From: Sphingomonas sp.
GTDB lineage: Bacteria; Pseudomonadota; Alphaproteobacteria; Sphingomonadales; Sphingomonadaceae
Assembly (NCBI RefSeq): GCF_035555815.1
Contig: NZ_DATMGG010000184.1
Location: 11,088 to 75,087 of the forward strand
DNA: 64,000 nucleotides
Direction: 5' to 3'
Positions 9,262 to 19,168 of the stretch are shown piece after piece; the first letter of the stretch is position 1; each line of letters starts with the position of its first letter. The notes beneath the pieces were generated by a model. The model was not told where the DNA came from. It saw nothing but the letters and a program-made list of their open reading frames with translations, and searched no databases. Both the position numbers and the translations under genes were made by a program.

Positions 9262-10010
9262 CCGGCGAAATCCAGCACCACGCTCAACCCGGGCAGCGGC
9301 GTGGCCGGCGGCGGCGCGGCGATCCGCTCGGCATCGCCGCGCGCGCGGTCGAGGATCGCCGCCGGCACGGTCGCGCCATGATAGACGCGGTCGGCCAGGC
9401 TCAGCCAGCGCGCGGTGCGCAGCGTCAGGTCATCGGGATCGGGCGATGTCAGCGTGGCGGTCACCATTTGCGGGGCAGGGGCGTCAATGCCCGATGCCAG
9501 CCAGCGTTCCACGTCGGGCGCGGCGAACGAATCGAGCGGACCGTCCTGCGCCAGCGCCGCTCCGATCGCGCGGCGGCGGTCGTCGAAATCGGGCCAGCGC
9601 GCATGGATGCGCGCGCGCGCCGCCTTCAGCCCGGCGGCCAGCGCGCCGAGTCCGGCGGGCAGCCACGTCTCGATCCGCTGGCGCAACTGCGCGGCCAGCC
9701 CGGCCGATGCGCCGCCGGTGGAGACGGCGACGATCACGTCGCCGCGCTCGACGATCGCCGGCATGGTGAAGTCGCACAGATCGGGCCGGTCGGTGGCGTT
9801 GACCAGCACGCCGCGCGCGCGCAGCCGGATCGCGGCGGCCTCATCCCCGACGACGAAGGCGAAGCGCGCCTGCGCGTCGTCCTCGGCGACGACGGTCGCG
9901 CCGGCGCGTTCGATCAGGCGGCGCTTGGCGTCCGCCATGTGCCCATCGCCCACCAGGATCACCGGCTTGCCGTGAAGCCGCATGAACATCGGCAGGCTGT
10001 GGAGCGTCAC
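9258..10010 (-). CDS. Siroheme synthase N-terminal part (precorrin-2 dehydrogenase/ferrochelatase-like)
   Basis: SLPMF..L.GKPVILVG.G..A..K, VNATD.PDLCDF..PAIV.RG, VSTGGAS; GTG overlaps the lysA stop. Confidence 0.85.
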   Translation of the reverse strand: MTLHSLPMFMRLHGKPVILVGDGHMADAKRRLIERAGATVVAEDDAQARFAFVVGDEAAAIRLRARGVLVNATDRPDLCDFTMPAIVERGDVIVAVSTGGASAGLAAQLRQRIETWLPAGLGALAAGLKAARARIHARWPDFDDRRRAIGAALAQDGPLDSFAAPDVERWLASGIDAPAPQMVTATLTSPDPDDLTLRTARWLSLADRVYHGATVPAAILDRARGDAERIAAPPPATPLPGLSVVLDFAG

Positions 10011-11263
10011 AGCCACTCGGGCACGCGCTCCGCGTCGATCAATGCGCTCGGCGCGATGCGATCGGCGACCACGGCATAGCGATCGCCGTCGACCAGCACT
10101 TCGGGCACCAGCGCGCGGCTGTTGTAGGTCGACGCCATCGTCGCGCCATAGGCGCCGGCGGTGTGGAACACGCCCAGGTCGCCGCGCCGGACCACGTCGA
10201 TCTCGCGGTTCTTGGCAAAGGTGTCGCCGCTCTCGCACACCGGCCCGGCGATATGCGCGATCATCCGCGTGCCGGTGGGGCGCACGGCGGAGAATTCGTG
10301 GTGCGCGTCGTACAGCGCCGGGCGGGCGAGGTCGTTCATCGCCGCATCGACGATCACCCAGGGGTGGCCGACGCCCGGCTTGACCCAGATCACCTCGGTC
10401 AGCAGCAGCCCGGCGTTGCCGGCGATGAAGCGCCCCGGCTCGAACATCAACGTGACGTCCCAGCCGGCGGTGGCGCGGGCGATCATCGCGCCGATCTCGG
10501 CCGAGACCGGATAGACCTCGCCCGGGCGATAGGCGACGCCAAAGCCGCCGCCCAGGTCGACATGCGTGACCGCGTGCCCCGCCGCGCGCAGATCGGCGAC
10601 CAGCCGGCCGATGCGGGCATAGCTGGTCTCCAGCGGGGCGAGGTCGGCGATCTGGCTGCCGATGTGGCAGGCGACGCCGCGCATATCGAGGCCGGGCAGC
10701 GCCGCCAGCCGGGCATAGATCGCCGGGGCGTCGTTGATCGCAACGCCGAACTTGTTCTCCGCCTTGCCGGTGGAGATCTTGGCATGGGTGCCGGCGTCGA
10801 CATCGGGATTGACGCGCAGCACCGCCGGGGCCTTCACCCCGCGCGCCAGCGCCAGCGCGGACAGCACCGCGCCTTCTTCCTCGATCTCCAGGTTGAACTG
10901 GCCGATCCCGGCCTCCAGCGCTGCGTCGAGCTCGGCGATCTTCTTGCCGACCCCGGAAAAGACGATGCCGGACGGCGCCATGCCCCCCGCGATCGCGCGC
11001 TGCATCTCGCCGGCCGAGACGACGTCGGCGCCATAGCCCAGCTTGGCCAGGATATTGACCACCGCCAGATTGGGATTGGCCTTGATCGCATAGGCGAGGT
11101 GGACGTTGTCGAGCGCGGCCAGCCCGGCGCGCAGCGCGGTGGCGTTGGCCTCGAACGCGGCGCGTGAATAGACATAGACCGGCGTGCCGACCTCCGCCGC
11201 GATGCGGGCGAGCGGCACGTTCTCGGCGTGGAGTTCGCCGTCCTTCAGATGGAAGTGAGTCAT
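10007..11263 (-). CDS. lysA: Diaminopimelate decarboxylase
   Basis: YAIKAN (PLP lysine), HIGSQ, EPGR, GPVCESGD, GAYG..M.S.YN. Confidence 0.96.
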   Translation of the reverse strand: MTHFHLKDGELHAENVPLARIAAEVGTPVYVYSRAAFEANATALRAGLAALDNVHLAYAIKANPNLAVVNILAKLGYGADVVSAGEMQRAIAGGMAPSGIVFSGVGKKIAELDAALEAGIGQFNLEIEEEGAVLSALALARGVKAPAVLRVNPDVDAGTHAKISTGKAENKFGVAINDAPAIYARLAALPGLDMRGVACHIGSQIADLAPLETSYARIGRLVADLRAAGHAVTHVDLGGGFGVAYRPGEVYPVSAEIGAMIARATAGWDVTLMFEPGRFIAGNAGLLLTEVIWVKPGVGHPWVIVDAAMNDLARPALYDAHHEFSAVRPTGTRMIAHIAGPVCESGDTFAKNREIDVVRRGDLGVFHTAGAYGATMASTYNSRALVPEVLVDGDRYAVVADRIAPSALIDAERVPEWL

Positions 11264-11279
11264 GGTGTGGTGTGCGCCA

Positions 11280-11522
11280 TCAATTGGGGGGAGGAAGGTC
11301 GAACGGGTCTTGCCCGCGCTCCTCCGAATTCTTGAGCAGCTCGTCGCTGCGGTCGGGCCGGGCTTGCGCGCCCGGTTTGAGCAGGTCCGCCGGGGTCGGC
11401 GTCGCCGGGGCGCCATAGGGCTTGACCGGCAACATCTCGCCCGGCGGGGGTTTCAGGTCACCCCGCGCGCCGCATCCGGCCAGCAGGGTCGCGACCACAA
11501 GCGCCGATGCCAGCCGTTTCAT
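11280..11522 (-). CDS. Small lipoprotein, LptM/YifL (LppL)-like
   Basis: Lipobox LAGC followed by GARGDL; conserved argH-lipoprotein-lysA position. Confidence 0.75.
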   Translation of the reverse strand: MKRLASALVVATLLAGCGARGDLKPPPGEMLPVKPYGAPATPTPADLLKPGAQARPDRSDELLKNSEERGQDPFDLPPPN

Positions 11523-12913
11523 CGTTCCGCCTCCCGCGCCGCGCGCGCCGCCGCCACCGCCTCGCGCACCCGCGACGGCGCGGTGCCGCCGAAACTGGTG
11601 CGGCTGGCCACCGACGCATCGACCGCCAGCACGTCGAACACGCGCCGGTCGATGCGCTCGTCGATCTCGCGCAGCGCGCCCAGCGGCAGCGCATCCAGCC
11701 GGACCTTCAGGCTTTCGGCATGGGCGACGGCGCGCCCCGTGATGTGATGCGCCTCGCGGAACGGCACGCCCGCCTCGCGCACCAGCCAGTCGGCCAGGTC
11801 GGTGGCGGTCGAAAAGCCGGTCTCCGCCACTTGCCGCATCCGATCGGTACGAAAGGTCGCGCTGTCGATCATCCCGGTCATCGCCGCGACCGACAGTTCG
11901 AGCAGCCCATGCGCCTCGAACACCGGCGGCTTGTCGTCCTGCATGTCCTTCGAATAGGCCAGCGGCAGTCCCTTCATCGTCACCATCAGGCTGACCAGGC
12001 AGCCGGTGATGCGCCCGGCGTGGCCGCGCACCAGCTCGGCGGCGTCGGGGTTGCGCTTTTGCGGCATGATCGAGCTGCCGGTCGACCATTGGTCGCTCAG
12101 GCTGGCAAAGCCGAACGGCTGCGACGCCCACAGCACGAATTCCTCGGCTAGCCGGCTCAGGTGCAGCGCGCACTGGGCGGCCGCCGTCAGATATTCGATC
12201 GCGAAATCGCGGTCGCTGACCGCATCCAGCGAATTGGTCGTCGGTCCGTCGAAACCCAGCGCCGCCGCCGTCGCGTCGCGATCGATCGGAAAGCCCGTGC
12301 CGGCCAGCGCCGCGCTGCCGAGCGGGCTCTTGTTGAGCCGCGCGCGGGCGTCGCGAAACCGGCCGCGATCGCGCGCGATCATGTCGTGATAGGCCATCAG
12401 GTGATGGCCCAGCGTCACCGGCTGCGCGCTCTGGAGGTGGGTGAAGCCGGGCATCACGCTGGCGGCATGTTCGTCGGCGCGCGCGATCAGCGCGTCCTGC
12501 AATCCGCCGAGCGCCGCGTCAGTCTGGTCGATCGCGTCGCGCACCCACAGCCGGAAATCGGTCGCGACCTGATCGTTGCGGCTGCGCGCGGTGTGCAATC
12601 GCCCGGCGACCGGCCCGATCTTGTCCGCCAGCCGCGCCTCGGTCAGCATGTGGATGTCCTCGAGCGCGAGGTCGTCGGGCACGCCGTCGGCCGCGTAATC
12701 CGCCGCCACCGCGTCCAGCCCGGTCAGGATCGTCGCGACGTCGTCGGCCTCGACGATGCCCTGTGCGCCCAGCATCGTGGCGTGCGCCTTCGATCCAGCG
12801 ATGTCCTGCCGCCACATTTGCTTGTCGAACGGGATCGATGCATTGATCGCGCGCATCACCGCCGACGGGCCTTCGGCGAAACGCCCGCCCCACATGGAGT
12901 TTGATTTGCTCAT
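11519..12913 (-). CDS. argH: Argininosuccinate lyase
   Basis: [27 protein letters not shown]; start either 12913 or 12895. Confidence 0.97.
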   Translation of the reverse strand: MSKSNSMWGGRFAEGPSAVMRAINASIPFDKQMWRQDIAGSKAHATMLGAQGIVEADDVATILTGLDAVAADYAADGVPDDLALEDIHMLTEARLADKIGPVAGRLHTARSRNDQVATDFRLWVRDAIDQTDAALGGLQDALIARADEHAASVMPGFTHLQSAQPVTLGHHLMAYHDMIARDRGRFRDARARLNKSPLGSAALAGTGFPIDRDATAAALGFDGPTTNSLDAVSDRDFAIEYLTAAAQCALHLSRLAEEFVLWASQPFGFASLSDQWSTGSSIMPQKRNPDAAELVRGHAGRITGCLVSLMVTMKGLPLAYSKDMQDDKPPVFEAHGLLELSVAAMTGMIDSATFRTDRMRQVAETGFSTATDLADWLVREAGVPFREAHHITGRAVAHAESLKVRLDALPLGALREIDERIDRRVFDVLAVDASVASRTSFGGTAPSRVREAVAAARAAREAER

Positions 12914-13511
12914 GCGATCCGCGATTGTGCCTGTCCTTGCCATGGCCGCGCTGGCCGGGGGCTGCGATAGGCAATCACCGCCCGTGGCACAAGGCAACGA
13001 GTCCGCCAATGTCGCCGCCGGCGACGAAGTCCCGCCGCCGTCGCCGGACGAAGCCTTGGCGAGCGGCCCGGCGGCCAAGCCCGGCAGCTTCGACACCAGT
13101 CATCGCGGTGAGGCGGCGCCGGACTTCGCGTTTCAGGATCCGGCGGGCAAATCGGTGACGCTGGCCGCCTATCGCGGCACCCCGGTGCTGCTCAACCTGT
13201 GGGCGACGTGGTGCGCGCCGTGCATCAAGGAAATGCCGTCGCTCGATGCGCTGGCGGTGCGGGAGGGCGCGAAGCTTCAGGTGATCGCGCTGTCGCAGGA
13301 TCTGGACGCGGCCAAGGTCGCGCCGTTCTGGGCCAAGGGCGGCTACCGCGCGATCAAGCCGTCGCTCGACCCCAAGATCGCGTTCAGCACCGGCCTGGGC
13401 GTCAACCTGCCGACCACGATCCTCTACGATGCGGCGGGCAAGGAAGTGTGGCGGGTGAGCGGCGCGGCCGAATGGGACGGCGCCGACGCGGCAAAGGCGC
13501 TCGCGCTCTAA
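12912..13511 (+). CDS. TlpA-family disulfide reductase lipoprotein
   Basis: Lipobox-like LAGGC; [13 protein letters not shown] thioredoxin motif. Confidence 0.9.
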   Translation: MRSAIVPVLAMAALAGGCDRQSPPVAQGNESANVAAGDEVPPPSPDEALASGPAAKPGSFDTSHRGEAAPDFAFQDPAGKSVTLAAYRGTPVLLNLWATWCAPCIKEMPSLDALAVREGAKLQVIALSQDLDAAKVAPFWAKGGYRAIKPSLDPKIAFSTGLGVNLPTTILYDAAGKEVWRVSGAAEWDGADAAKALAL

Positions 13512-13560
13512 CCGCGCCCACCGCGTAGCCGTACCCCACCGCGTTCTGGGGGCACTTGCC

Positions 13561-13639
13561 CGTGCTCCCGAACAAGGCGGGCCAAAGGATCGAAGGTGTA
13601 TCCCTCGTGGTCCCGGACCCCCGCCTGCGCAGGAGGACG
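13561..13639. repeat. Degenerate REP-like doublet (CGTC-tagged type, family B)
   Basis: CGTGCTCCCGAACAAGGCGGG ... CCCCGCCTGCGCAGGAGGACG between convergent tlpA and dedA; resembles 47809..47906. Confidence 0.55.
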
Positions 13640-13644
13640 ATCCA

Positions 13645-14286
13645 TCAACCCTTCGCCTTCGCCTTGCGGATGCCGCGAATACGAAACCAGATCCACGTGC
13701 CCGCAAGCACGACCAGCACCACGCCGATCACCGCGTCGGCCGAATGGAACGCCGCCTTCAGCCGCGGGTCGCTGTGCCAGGCCTGCCCCAGTTTCATCCC
13801 CACCCAGGTCAGCGCGAGGCAGAACGGCCAGCTTCCCGCGAAGGTATAGAGGTGGAACGGGATCAGCGGCATCCGCGCGACGCCGGCGGGAAAGGCGATG
13901 AAGGTGCGGATCACCGGCAGCAGACGGCCGATGAACACCGCCGAATTGCCCCAGCGCTGAAAGAAACGGTCGGCGGCGTCCAGCTCGTCCGGCCCGATCA
14001 GCAGATATTTGCCCCAGCGCTCGATCACCGGGCGGCCGCCGCGCTTGCCGACCTCATAGGCGATGATCGAGCCGACGTTGCACCCCAGCGCGCCGGCGGT
14101 GGCGGCGGCGTACAGGTTCATCTGGCCGGTCGAGACCAGATAGCCCGCGAACGGCATCACCAGTTCGGACGGGAGCGGCACGCACGCGCTCTCGATCGCC
14201 ATCAGGATGAGGACGCCCAGATATCCGGTCGCTTCGATGACCGCGATGACGATGCCGGCAAGCCAGCCGAGGATCTGTTCCACCAT
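13645..14286 (-). CDS. DedA family membrane protein
   Basis: ES..VPLPSE.VMPFAGY, F.R.G...VFIGRLLP.IRTFI..PAG. Confidence 0.93.
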   Translation of the reverse strand: MVEQILGWLAGIVIAVIEATGYLGVLILMAIESACVPLPSELVMPFAGYLVSTGQMNLYAAATAGALGCNVGSIIAYEVGKRGGRPVIERWGKYLLIGPDELDAADRFFQRWGNSAVFIGRLLPVIRTFIAFPAGVARMPLIPFHLYTFAGSWPFCLALTWVGMKLGQAWHSDPRLKAAFHSADAVIGVVLVVLAGTWIWFRIRGIRKAKAKG

Positions 14287-14407
14287 GGGCGGCGGTCGTG
14301 GCCGATCGCCGGCGGTTTGGCCAGCCCGTTTGACGACGACAGCTTGGGGGGAGGCGACAAAAGCTCCGCGCCGCCCTCCGCGCGCGTCTCGCGGGAGAGC
14401 GACAGGC

Positions 14408-15808
14408 CTACGCCACCCGCGCGGCGGCGGCCTTCAGATCCTCGACAAAGCGATCGAACTCGGCCTGCGCCTCGTCGCGGTCGGGGATGCGCAGCAGGTA
14501 GCTCGGATGCACCGTCACCCACGCCTCGCTCTCGTCCGCCAGCGCGATCGGCCTACCGCGTACCGCGCTAATCGTCACCGCCTTGCCCAGCAGCGATCGT
14601 GCGGCGGTGGCGCCGAGGGCGACGGTGATGCGCGGACGGATCAGCGCGCGTTCCTGCTCGATCCACCATCGGCACGCGTCGATCTCGCCCGCGTTCGGCT
14701 TCGCATGGATGCGGCGCTTGCCGCGTTGCTCGAACTTGAAATGCTTGACCGCGTTGGTGACGTACACGCCCGCGCGATCGATCTTCGCCGCTGCCATCGC
14801 GCGGTCGAACATCTGCCCGGCGGGGCCGACGAACGGCCGGCCGGCCAGATCCTCCTGGTCGCCCGGCTGCTCGCCGACGAACACCATCTGCGCGTCGAGC
14901 GGGCCCTCTCCGAACACAGTCTGCGTCGCGTCGCGATACAGGTCGCAGCGGGTGCAATGCGCCGCCTCGCCGCGCAGCGCCGCCCACGCCGCGTCGACAT
15001 TGCCGCCCGGTGCGGTTCTCGCCTTTGCGATCATGCCCGTCTCCCTTGCCCGGGCGCCGGCGATCAACTCTCCGACCAGCGCGGTTTCGGGCATCGCGTG
15101 CCAGTATTTGCGCGGCATCTCCTTCAACATCGCGCCGACCTTCAAACGCGCGGGATTGAAGATCGAGGCATAATAGGTCTTCCACACCTCTTCGGCGGGA
15201 TCGCCGCCGGGTGCGTCGCCGCGCACCGCGCCGGGGCCTTCGCGCACAATCGCGCCGTCCCAGTGGAGCGACAGCGCTGGCGTCAGGATCGACCAACGCA
15301 TCGCGGCAAAGCGATCGACGAAGAAGGCGGCGTTGGCGCGGACGATGTGGTGCTCGGGCGTGAACCACGCGACGAAGCGGGGCACGCCATCATCGTCGAC
15401 CGTTTCGCGGAACCGCAGAAAGGCGCGCATCTTGTGGATGTCGCGGCGCACCTGCCGCGCCATCGCCTCTAGCCGGCGCAACTGCGGATCGGCGCGGTCG
15501 CCGATCAGGCGCGGCTGCTCGATCAGGCGGGTCAGCATCGTATAGAGCATCCCGAACCGGGCGGGTTCGGTATGAAGCAGTGCGGCGCCGGCCAGGTCGA
15601 TGAACGGACGCGGTACGCGCAGCGGCGGCGCCTCTCCGCCGACGATCGCCTCGCCGCCGACGATGGCCTCGCCGCCGAACAGGTCGGTCGCGCCATCGCC
15701 CACCTGCCAGACCACATCGTGCGGCGGCACGCGCGCGGCCACCAGCCGGCGGGCCGCATCGCGCCAGCCGGCGAAATCGTCCTCGGATTGCAACGTCGCG
15801 ATCGCCAT
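14408..15808 (-). CDS. DUF4130 (TIGR03915-like) domain fused to UdgX-type uracil-DNA glycosylase
   Basis: N-terminal RDIHKMRAFLRF/W..YY.SIFNPAR; C-terminal CTRC, GEQPG.QED..G.PFVGPAG, NAVKHFKF..RGKRRIH, HPS. Confidence 0.9.
   Translation of the reverse strand: MAIATLQSEDDFAGWRDAARRLVAARVPPHDVVWQVGDGATDLFGGEAIVGGEAIVGGEAPPLRVPRPFIDLAGAALLHTEPARFGMLYTMLTRLIEQPRLIGDRADPQLRRLEAMARQVRRDIHKMRAFLRFRETVDDDGVPRFVAWFTPEHHIVRANAAFFVDRFAAMRWSILTPALSLHWDGAIVREGPGAVRGDAPGGDPAEEVWKTYYASIFNPARLKVGAMLKEMPRKYWHAMPETALVGELIAGARARETGMIAKARTAPGGNVDAAWAALRGEAAHCTRCDLYRDATQTVFGEGPLDAQMVFVGEQPGDQEDLAGRPFVGPAGQMFDRAMAAAKIDRAGVYVTNAVKHFKFEQRGKRRIHAKPNAGEIDACRWWIEQERALIRPRITVALGATAARSLLGKAVTISAVRGRPIALADESEAWVTVHPSYLLRIPDRDEAQAEFDRFVEDLKAAAARVA
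15630..15679. repeat. 18-bp in-frame tandem repeat (~2.7 copies) in the udgX-fusion gene
   Basis: GCCTCKCCGCCGACGATS units encoding GGEAIV-GGEAIV-GGEA. Confidence 0.8.
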
Positions 15809-15812
15809 CGCT

Positions 15813-17060
15813 TCAGCCGAACAATTCCATCTGCTCGGCACGCGGCGCGACCAGCGGCTTCAATTCGGCGCGGTCGGCCAATGCGGTGGGGCGCCAGTCT
15901 TCCGCGACGATGAACGGACGCACCTTCGTCAACGACGCGGTCAGTCGGCCGACGTCCGCCAGATGCAGCCGACGCCAGCGCCGCGCCGTCAGGATCGCCG
16001 CGACCGCGCGCGTGCCCAGTCCCGGGACCCGCAGCAACGCCTCTCGCGGCGCGCGGTTGACGTCGACTGGAAACCGATCGCGAAAGCGCAGCGCCCATGC
16101 CAGCTTGGGATCGATGTCCAGCGGCAACATGCCCGTCTCGGCATCGGCGGCGGCGGCGACCTCGCCCGGTTGATAGCCATAGAAGCGCATCAGCCAGTCC
16201 GACTGGTACAGCCGGTGCTCGCGCATCAGCGGCGGCCGCCGCAGCGGCAGCACCGCGCTGGCATCCGGGATCGGGCTGAACGCCGAATAATAGACCCGGC
16301 GCAGGGCGAACCGGTCATAAAGGGTCGCGGCCTTGCCGACGATCTCGCGATCGGTGGCGGCGTCGGCACCGACGATCATCTGCGTAGACTGGCCGGCGGG
16401 GGCAAAGCGGGGGGCCGATCGATAGCGTCGCCGCGCATCCTTTCCGTCGTCGATCGCGTCGCGCAGGCCATGCATCGCCCCCTCGATCCCCGGTGCCGAT
16501 TTTTCGGGCGCGAGGCGCGCGAGCCCGGCGACGGTCGGCAGTTCGACGTTGATCGATAGCCGGTCGGCATGGCGCCCGGCCTGGTGGATCAGCCCCGGAT
16601 CGGCATCGGGGATCGTCTTCAGGTGGATATAGCCGCGAAACCCATGGTCCTCGCGAAGCGCGCGGGCGACCTCGACGATCTGCTCCATCGTATAGTCGGG
16701 CGATCGGATGATGCCGGACGACAGGAACAGCCCCTCGATATAATTGCGCCGGTAAAAGGCGAGGGTGAGGTCCACCACCTCCGCCGCGGTGAACCGCGCG
16801 CGGCGCACGTTCGAACTCTTGCGGTTGATGCAATAATGGCAGTCAAAAATACAGCTGTTGGTCAGCAGGATCTTGAGCAGGCTGATGCAGCGGCCGTCGG
16901 GCGCATAGGCGTGGCAGATGCCCATGCCGCCGTCGGTGGATCCCAGCCCCTTGCCGTCCCGGCTGCTGCGCTTGACCGTCCCCGACGACGCGCAGGACGC
17001 ATCATATTTGGCGGCATCGGCCAGGATCGCCAGCTTTTCACGAACATCCAGTTGCGCCAT
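15813..17060 (-). CDS. Putative DNA modification/repair radical SAM protein (TIGR03916-like)
   Basis: AKYDASCASSG, GICH...PDGRCISLLK, CxxxCxxC, REHRLYQ.DWL.RFYG, C-terminal HhH (LLRVPGLG). Confidence 0.93.
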   Translation of the reverse strand: MAQLDVREKLAILADAAKYDASCASSGTVKRSSRDGKGLGSTDGGMGICHAYAPDGRCISLLKILLTNSCIFDCHYCINRKSSNVRRARFTAAEVVDLTLAFYRRNYIEGLFLSSGIIRSPDYTMEQIVEVARALREDHGFRGYIHLKTIPDADPGLIHQAGRHADRLSINVELPTVAGLARLAPEKSAPGIEGAMHGLRDAIDDGKDARRRYRSAPRFAPAGQSTQMIVGADAATDREIVGKAATLYDRFALRRVYYSAFSPIPDASAVLPLRRPPLMREHRLYQSDWLMRFYGYQPGEVAAAADAETGMLPLDIDPKLAWALRFRDRFPVDVNRAPREALLRVPGLGTRAVAAILTARRWRRLHLADVGRLTASLTKVRPFIVAEDWRPTALADRAELKPLVAPRAEQMELFG

Positions 17061-17062
17061 GC

Positions 17063-17077
17063 GTTCGATATATGTTC
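17063..17077 (-). promoter_or_regulatory. Alphaproteobacterial LexA (SOS) box overlapping the promoter
   Basis: GTTC-GATATAT-GTTC (GTTC-N7-GTTC) 2 bp upstream of the rSAM ATG; TTGACT -35 on the minus strand at 17095..17100. Confidence 0.85.
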
Positions 17078-17104
17078 CAAACCGCGCTGTGTCGAGTCAA
17101 TGGC

Positions 17105-18268
17105 TTAGCGCCGCTCGTGTCCGAAGTTGAGGCGCCGGGTGACGCCGGGGTCGAGCACAGCCATCACGAACCACGCGACCAGCTGTTTGAGCCGGATCCA
17201 CGGATTGGATCGCGCGCGGTGCAGCTCCGGGGTGATTAGCTCCGAATCGGCGACCTCGCCGTCGACATAGGCGCGGACGTGCGCGGCAAAGGCGGCGTCG
17301 TGGACGCGCAACATCAGTTCCAGGTTGAGGTACAGGCTGCGCATGTCGAAATTGGCCGATCCGATGTGGACGACGTCGTCGATCACGAACAATTTGGTGT
17401 GCAGCTTGGTCGGCTGATATTCATAGATCCGCACGCCCTTGCGCAGCAGTCCGGCATAGGTGAACCGCGCGGCCCAGATCGCGGCGGCGTGATCGTTCTT
17501 GGCGGGCAGAACGATCCGCAGCTGCCGGCGGCGCCCGATCTTGTCCAGCCGACGGAGCATGCCGGGACTGGGCGCGAAATAGGCGGCGATGATGTCGGCG
17601 CGGCGCGCGCGCTTCAGGTCGGCGCGGACGGTACGCGCCCATGGCGACAGCTTGCGCGTCGGTCCGCCCAACAGCCAGCGCGCGTCACCCTCTGGCTCGC
17701 TCCAGTCGGCCAGCAGCTTGCGCAGGCTGCGTAGCGACGCGCGCGGGCGGTGCGCCCAGGCCGACAGCGCGTCGTAATATCCCGAAAGGCGCGGCACGGC
17801 GGGGCCTTCGACCACCAGCCCCAGGTCGCGCCATGCCTGGTCCGCCTCGGTGCCGAAATAGCTGTCCTCGACGTTGAACCCGCCGACGATCGCGATCGCG
17901 TCGTCCGCGATCGCCAGCTTCTGGTGGTTGCGCAGCAGATAGCGTCGGCCCAGGCGCGGCACGAAACGGCACACGTCGACCCCCGCCGCCGCCAGCGGCT
18001 CAAAGAAGCGGCGCTGCGCGGCATGTTCGCTGCCCAGGCCGTCGACGGTCAGCGCGACCCGCACGCCGCGCGCGGCGGCGCGGATCAGCGCGTCGCGCAC
18101 CGCCGCGCCGGCATCGTCGTCGACATAGATATAGAACAGCAGCCGGACGCTCGCGCGCGCCTCGTCGATCAGCGCGATCAGCGCCGCGATCCGGCGCGGG
18201 CCGGTGTCGAGCATCGTCAGTCGATTGCCGTCGACGGAGAAGCTGGGCTGCGGCGGCGGCTGTTCCAC
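17105..18268 (-). CDS. Cardiolipin synthase / phospholipase D family protein
   Basis: Two HKD motifs ([10 protein letters not shown]; [18 protein letters not shown]); start uncertain (18268 GTG or 18310). Confidence 0.88.
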   Translation of the reverse strand: MEQPPPQPSFSVDGNRLTMLDTGPRRIAALIALIDEARASVRLLFYIYVDDDAGAAVRDALIRAAARGVRVALTVDGLGSEHAAQRRFFEPLAAAGVDVCRFVPRLGRRYLLRNHQKLAIADDAIAIVGGFNVEDSYFGTEADQAWRDLGLVVEGPAVPRLSGYYDALSAWAHRPRASLRSLRKLLADWSEPEGDARWLLGGPTRKLSPWARTVRADLKRARRADIIAAYFAPSPGMLRRLDKIGRRRQLRIVLPAKNDHAAAIWAARFTYAGLLRKGVRIYEYQPTKLHTKLFVIDDVVHIGSANFDMRSLYLNLELMLRVHDAAFAAHVRAYVDGEVADSELITPELHRARSNPWIRLKQLVAWFVMAVLDPGVTRRLNFGHERR

Positions 18269-18396
18269 CCGGCATCTGTGCCGCCTCCCGCGCGGGGGGG
18301 CAAGCGGCATGTATCGGGGCGATTTCCTTGACTCTCGCGCCCGCGATCCCTAGGTGCTCCGCCTTTCCCGGACCCCGTTTTTTCAAGGAAGTGCCG

Positions 18397-18741
18397 ATGG
18401 CGCGCGTCACCGTCGAGGATTGCGTCGACAAGATCCCGAACCGTTTCGACCTCGTCCTGCTCGCCGCGCAGCGCGCGCGGCAGATTTCGGGCGGCGCCGA
18501 ACTGACGCTCGATCGCGATCGCGACAAGAACCCGGTCGTCGCGCTGCGCGAGATCGCGGAGCAGACCGTGACCCCGATCCAGCTGAAGGAATCGGTCGTC
18601 TCGGGGATGCAGAAGGTCCAGATCGACGACGAGGAAGCCCCGGACGAGATCGGCAGCCTGGCCGCCTCGGCGGAGGCGCTGCGCCTCACCGCCGCCGCGC
18701 CGCCGCGCAACCAGAATGTCGGCGGCGACTACGACGGCTGA
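18397..18741 (+). CDS. rpoZ: RNA polymerase omega subunit
   Basis: [26 protein letters not shown]; [12 protein letters not shown]. Confidence 0.98.
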   Translation: MARVTVEDCVDKIPNRFDLVLLAAQRARQISGGAELTLDRDRDKNPVVALREIAEQTVTPIQLKESVVSGMQKVQIDDEEAPDEIGSLAASAEALRLTAAAPPRNQNVGGDYDG

Positions 18742-18806
18742 GGGCGGCGCGGCGAGTGCGCGAACGCCGCGCCGCGTCGTGACATCCGTCCGCCACAACG
18801 GACAGA

Positions 18807-18836
18807 GAGGCCGGGGCAGCGATGCTCCGGCCTTTT
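18807..18836 (+). terminator. Rho-independent terminator after rpoZ
   Basis: GAGGCCGGGGCA-GCGA-TGCTCCGGCCTT stem followed by a short T tract. Confidence 0.7.
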
Positions 18837-19168
18837 GCGTTGGTGCGGCAATCTGGTGCCGCGAATACCGGTGGCGAGGGGTGATATGCGGGGAAGCGCG
18901 CCGACGCTGTGCCGATGTTCCCCAGCGCAATTCGCAGGACTCCGGCTCCTGAACCGTCCTGATCGTTCAAAATGCCGGGGACGGACTTCGACCCTGGATG
19001 GGCGTTGGCGGTGCTGCCAGACCGGCGCGAACCAGTCTCCACACGATACATTGTCAGGCGTGAGTTGAGCGCCACGCAGATTGTCGAAATCCTGAACGCT
19101 CGCCGCCAACCCAGCGCATGATGCCGTCTCGCGGGCGGGCCGGCGTCGGCTCCCGCTCCGCACACGGT

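Noticed and set aside
14290-14405. Possible REP remnant between udgX fusion and dedA
   Set aside because: Only weak GC-rich pairing and no match to the repeat families identified here.
18835-19165. Short ORFs between rpoZ and the HEPN-like gene
   Set aside because: No RBS, codon bias or motifs; more likely degraded island sequence.
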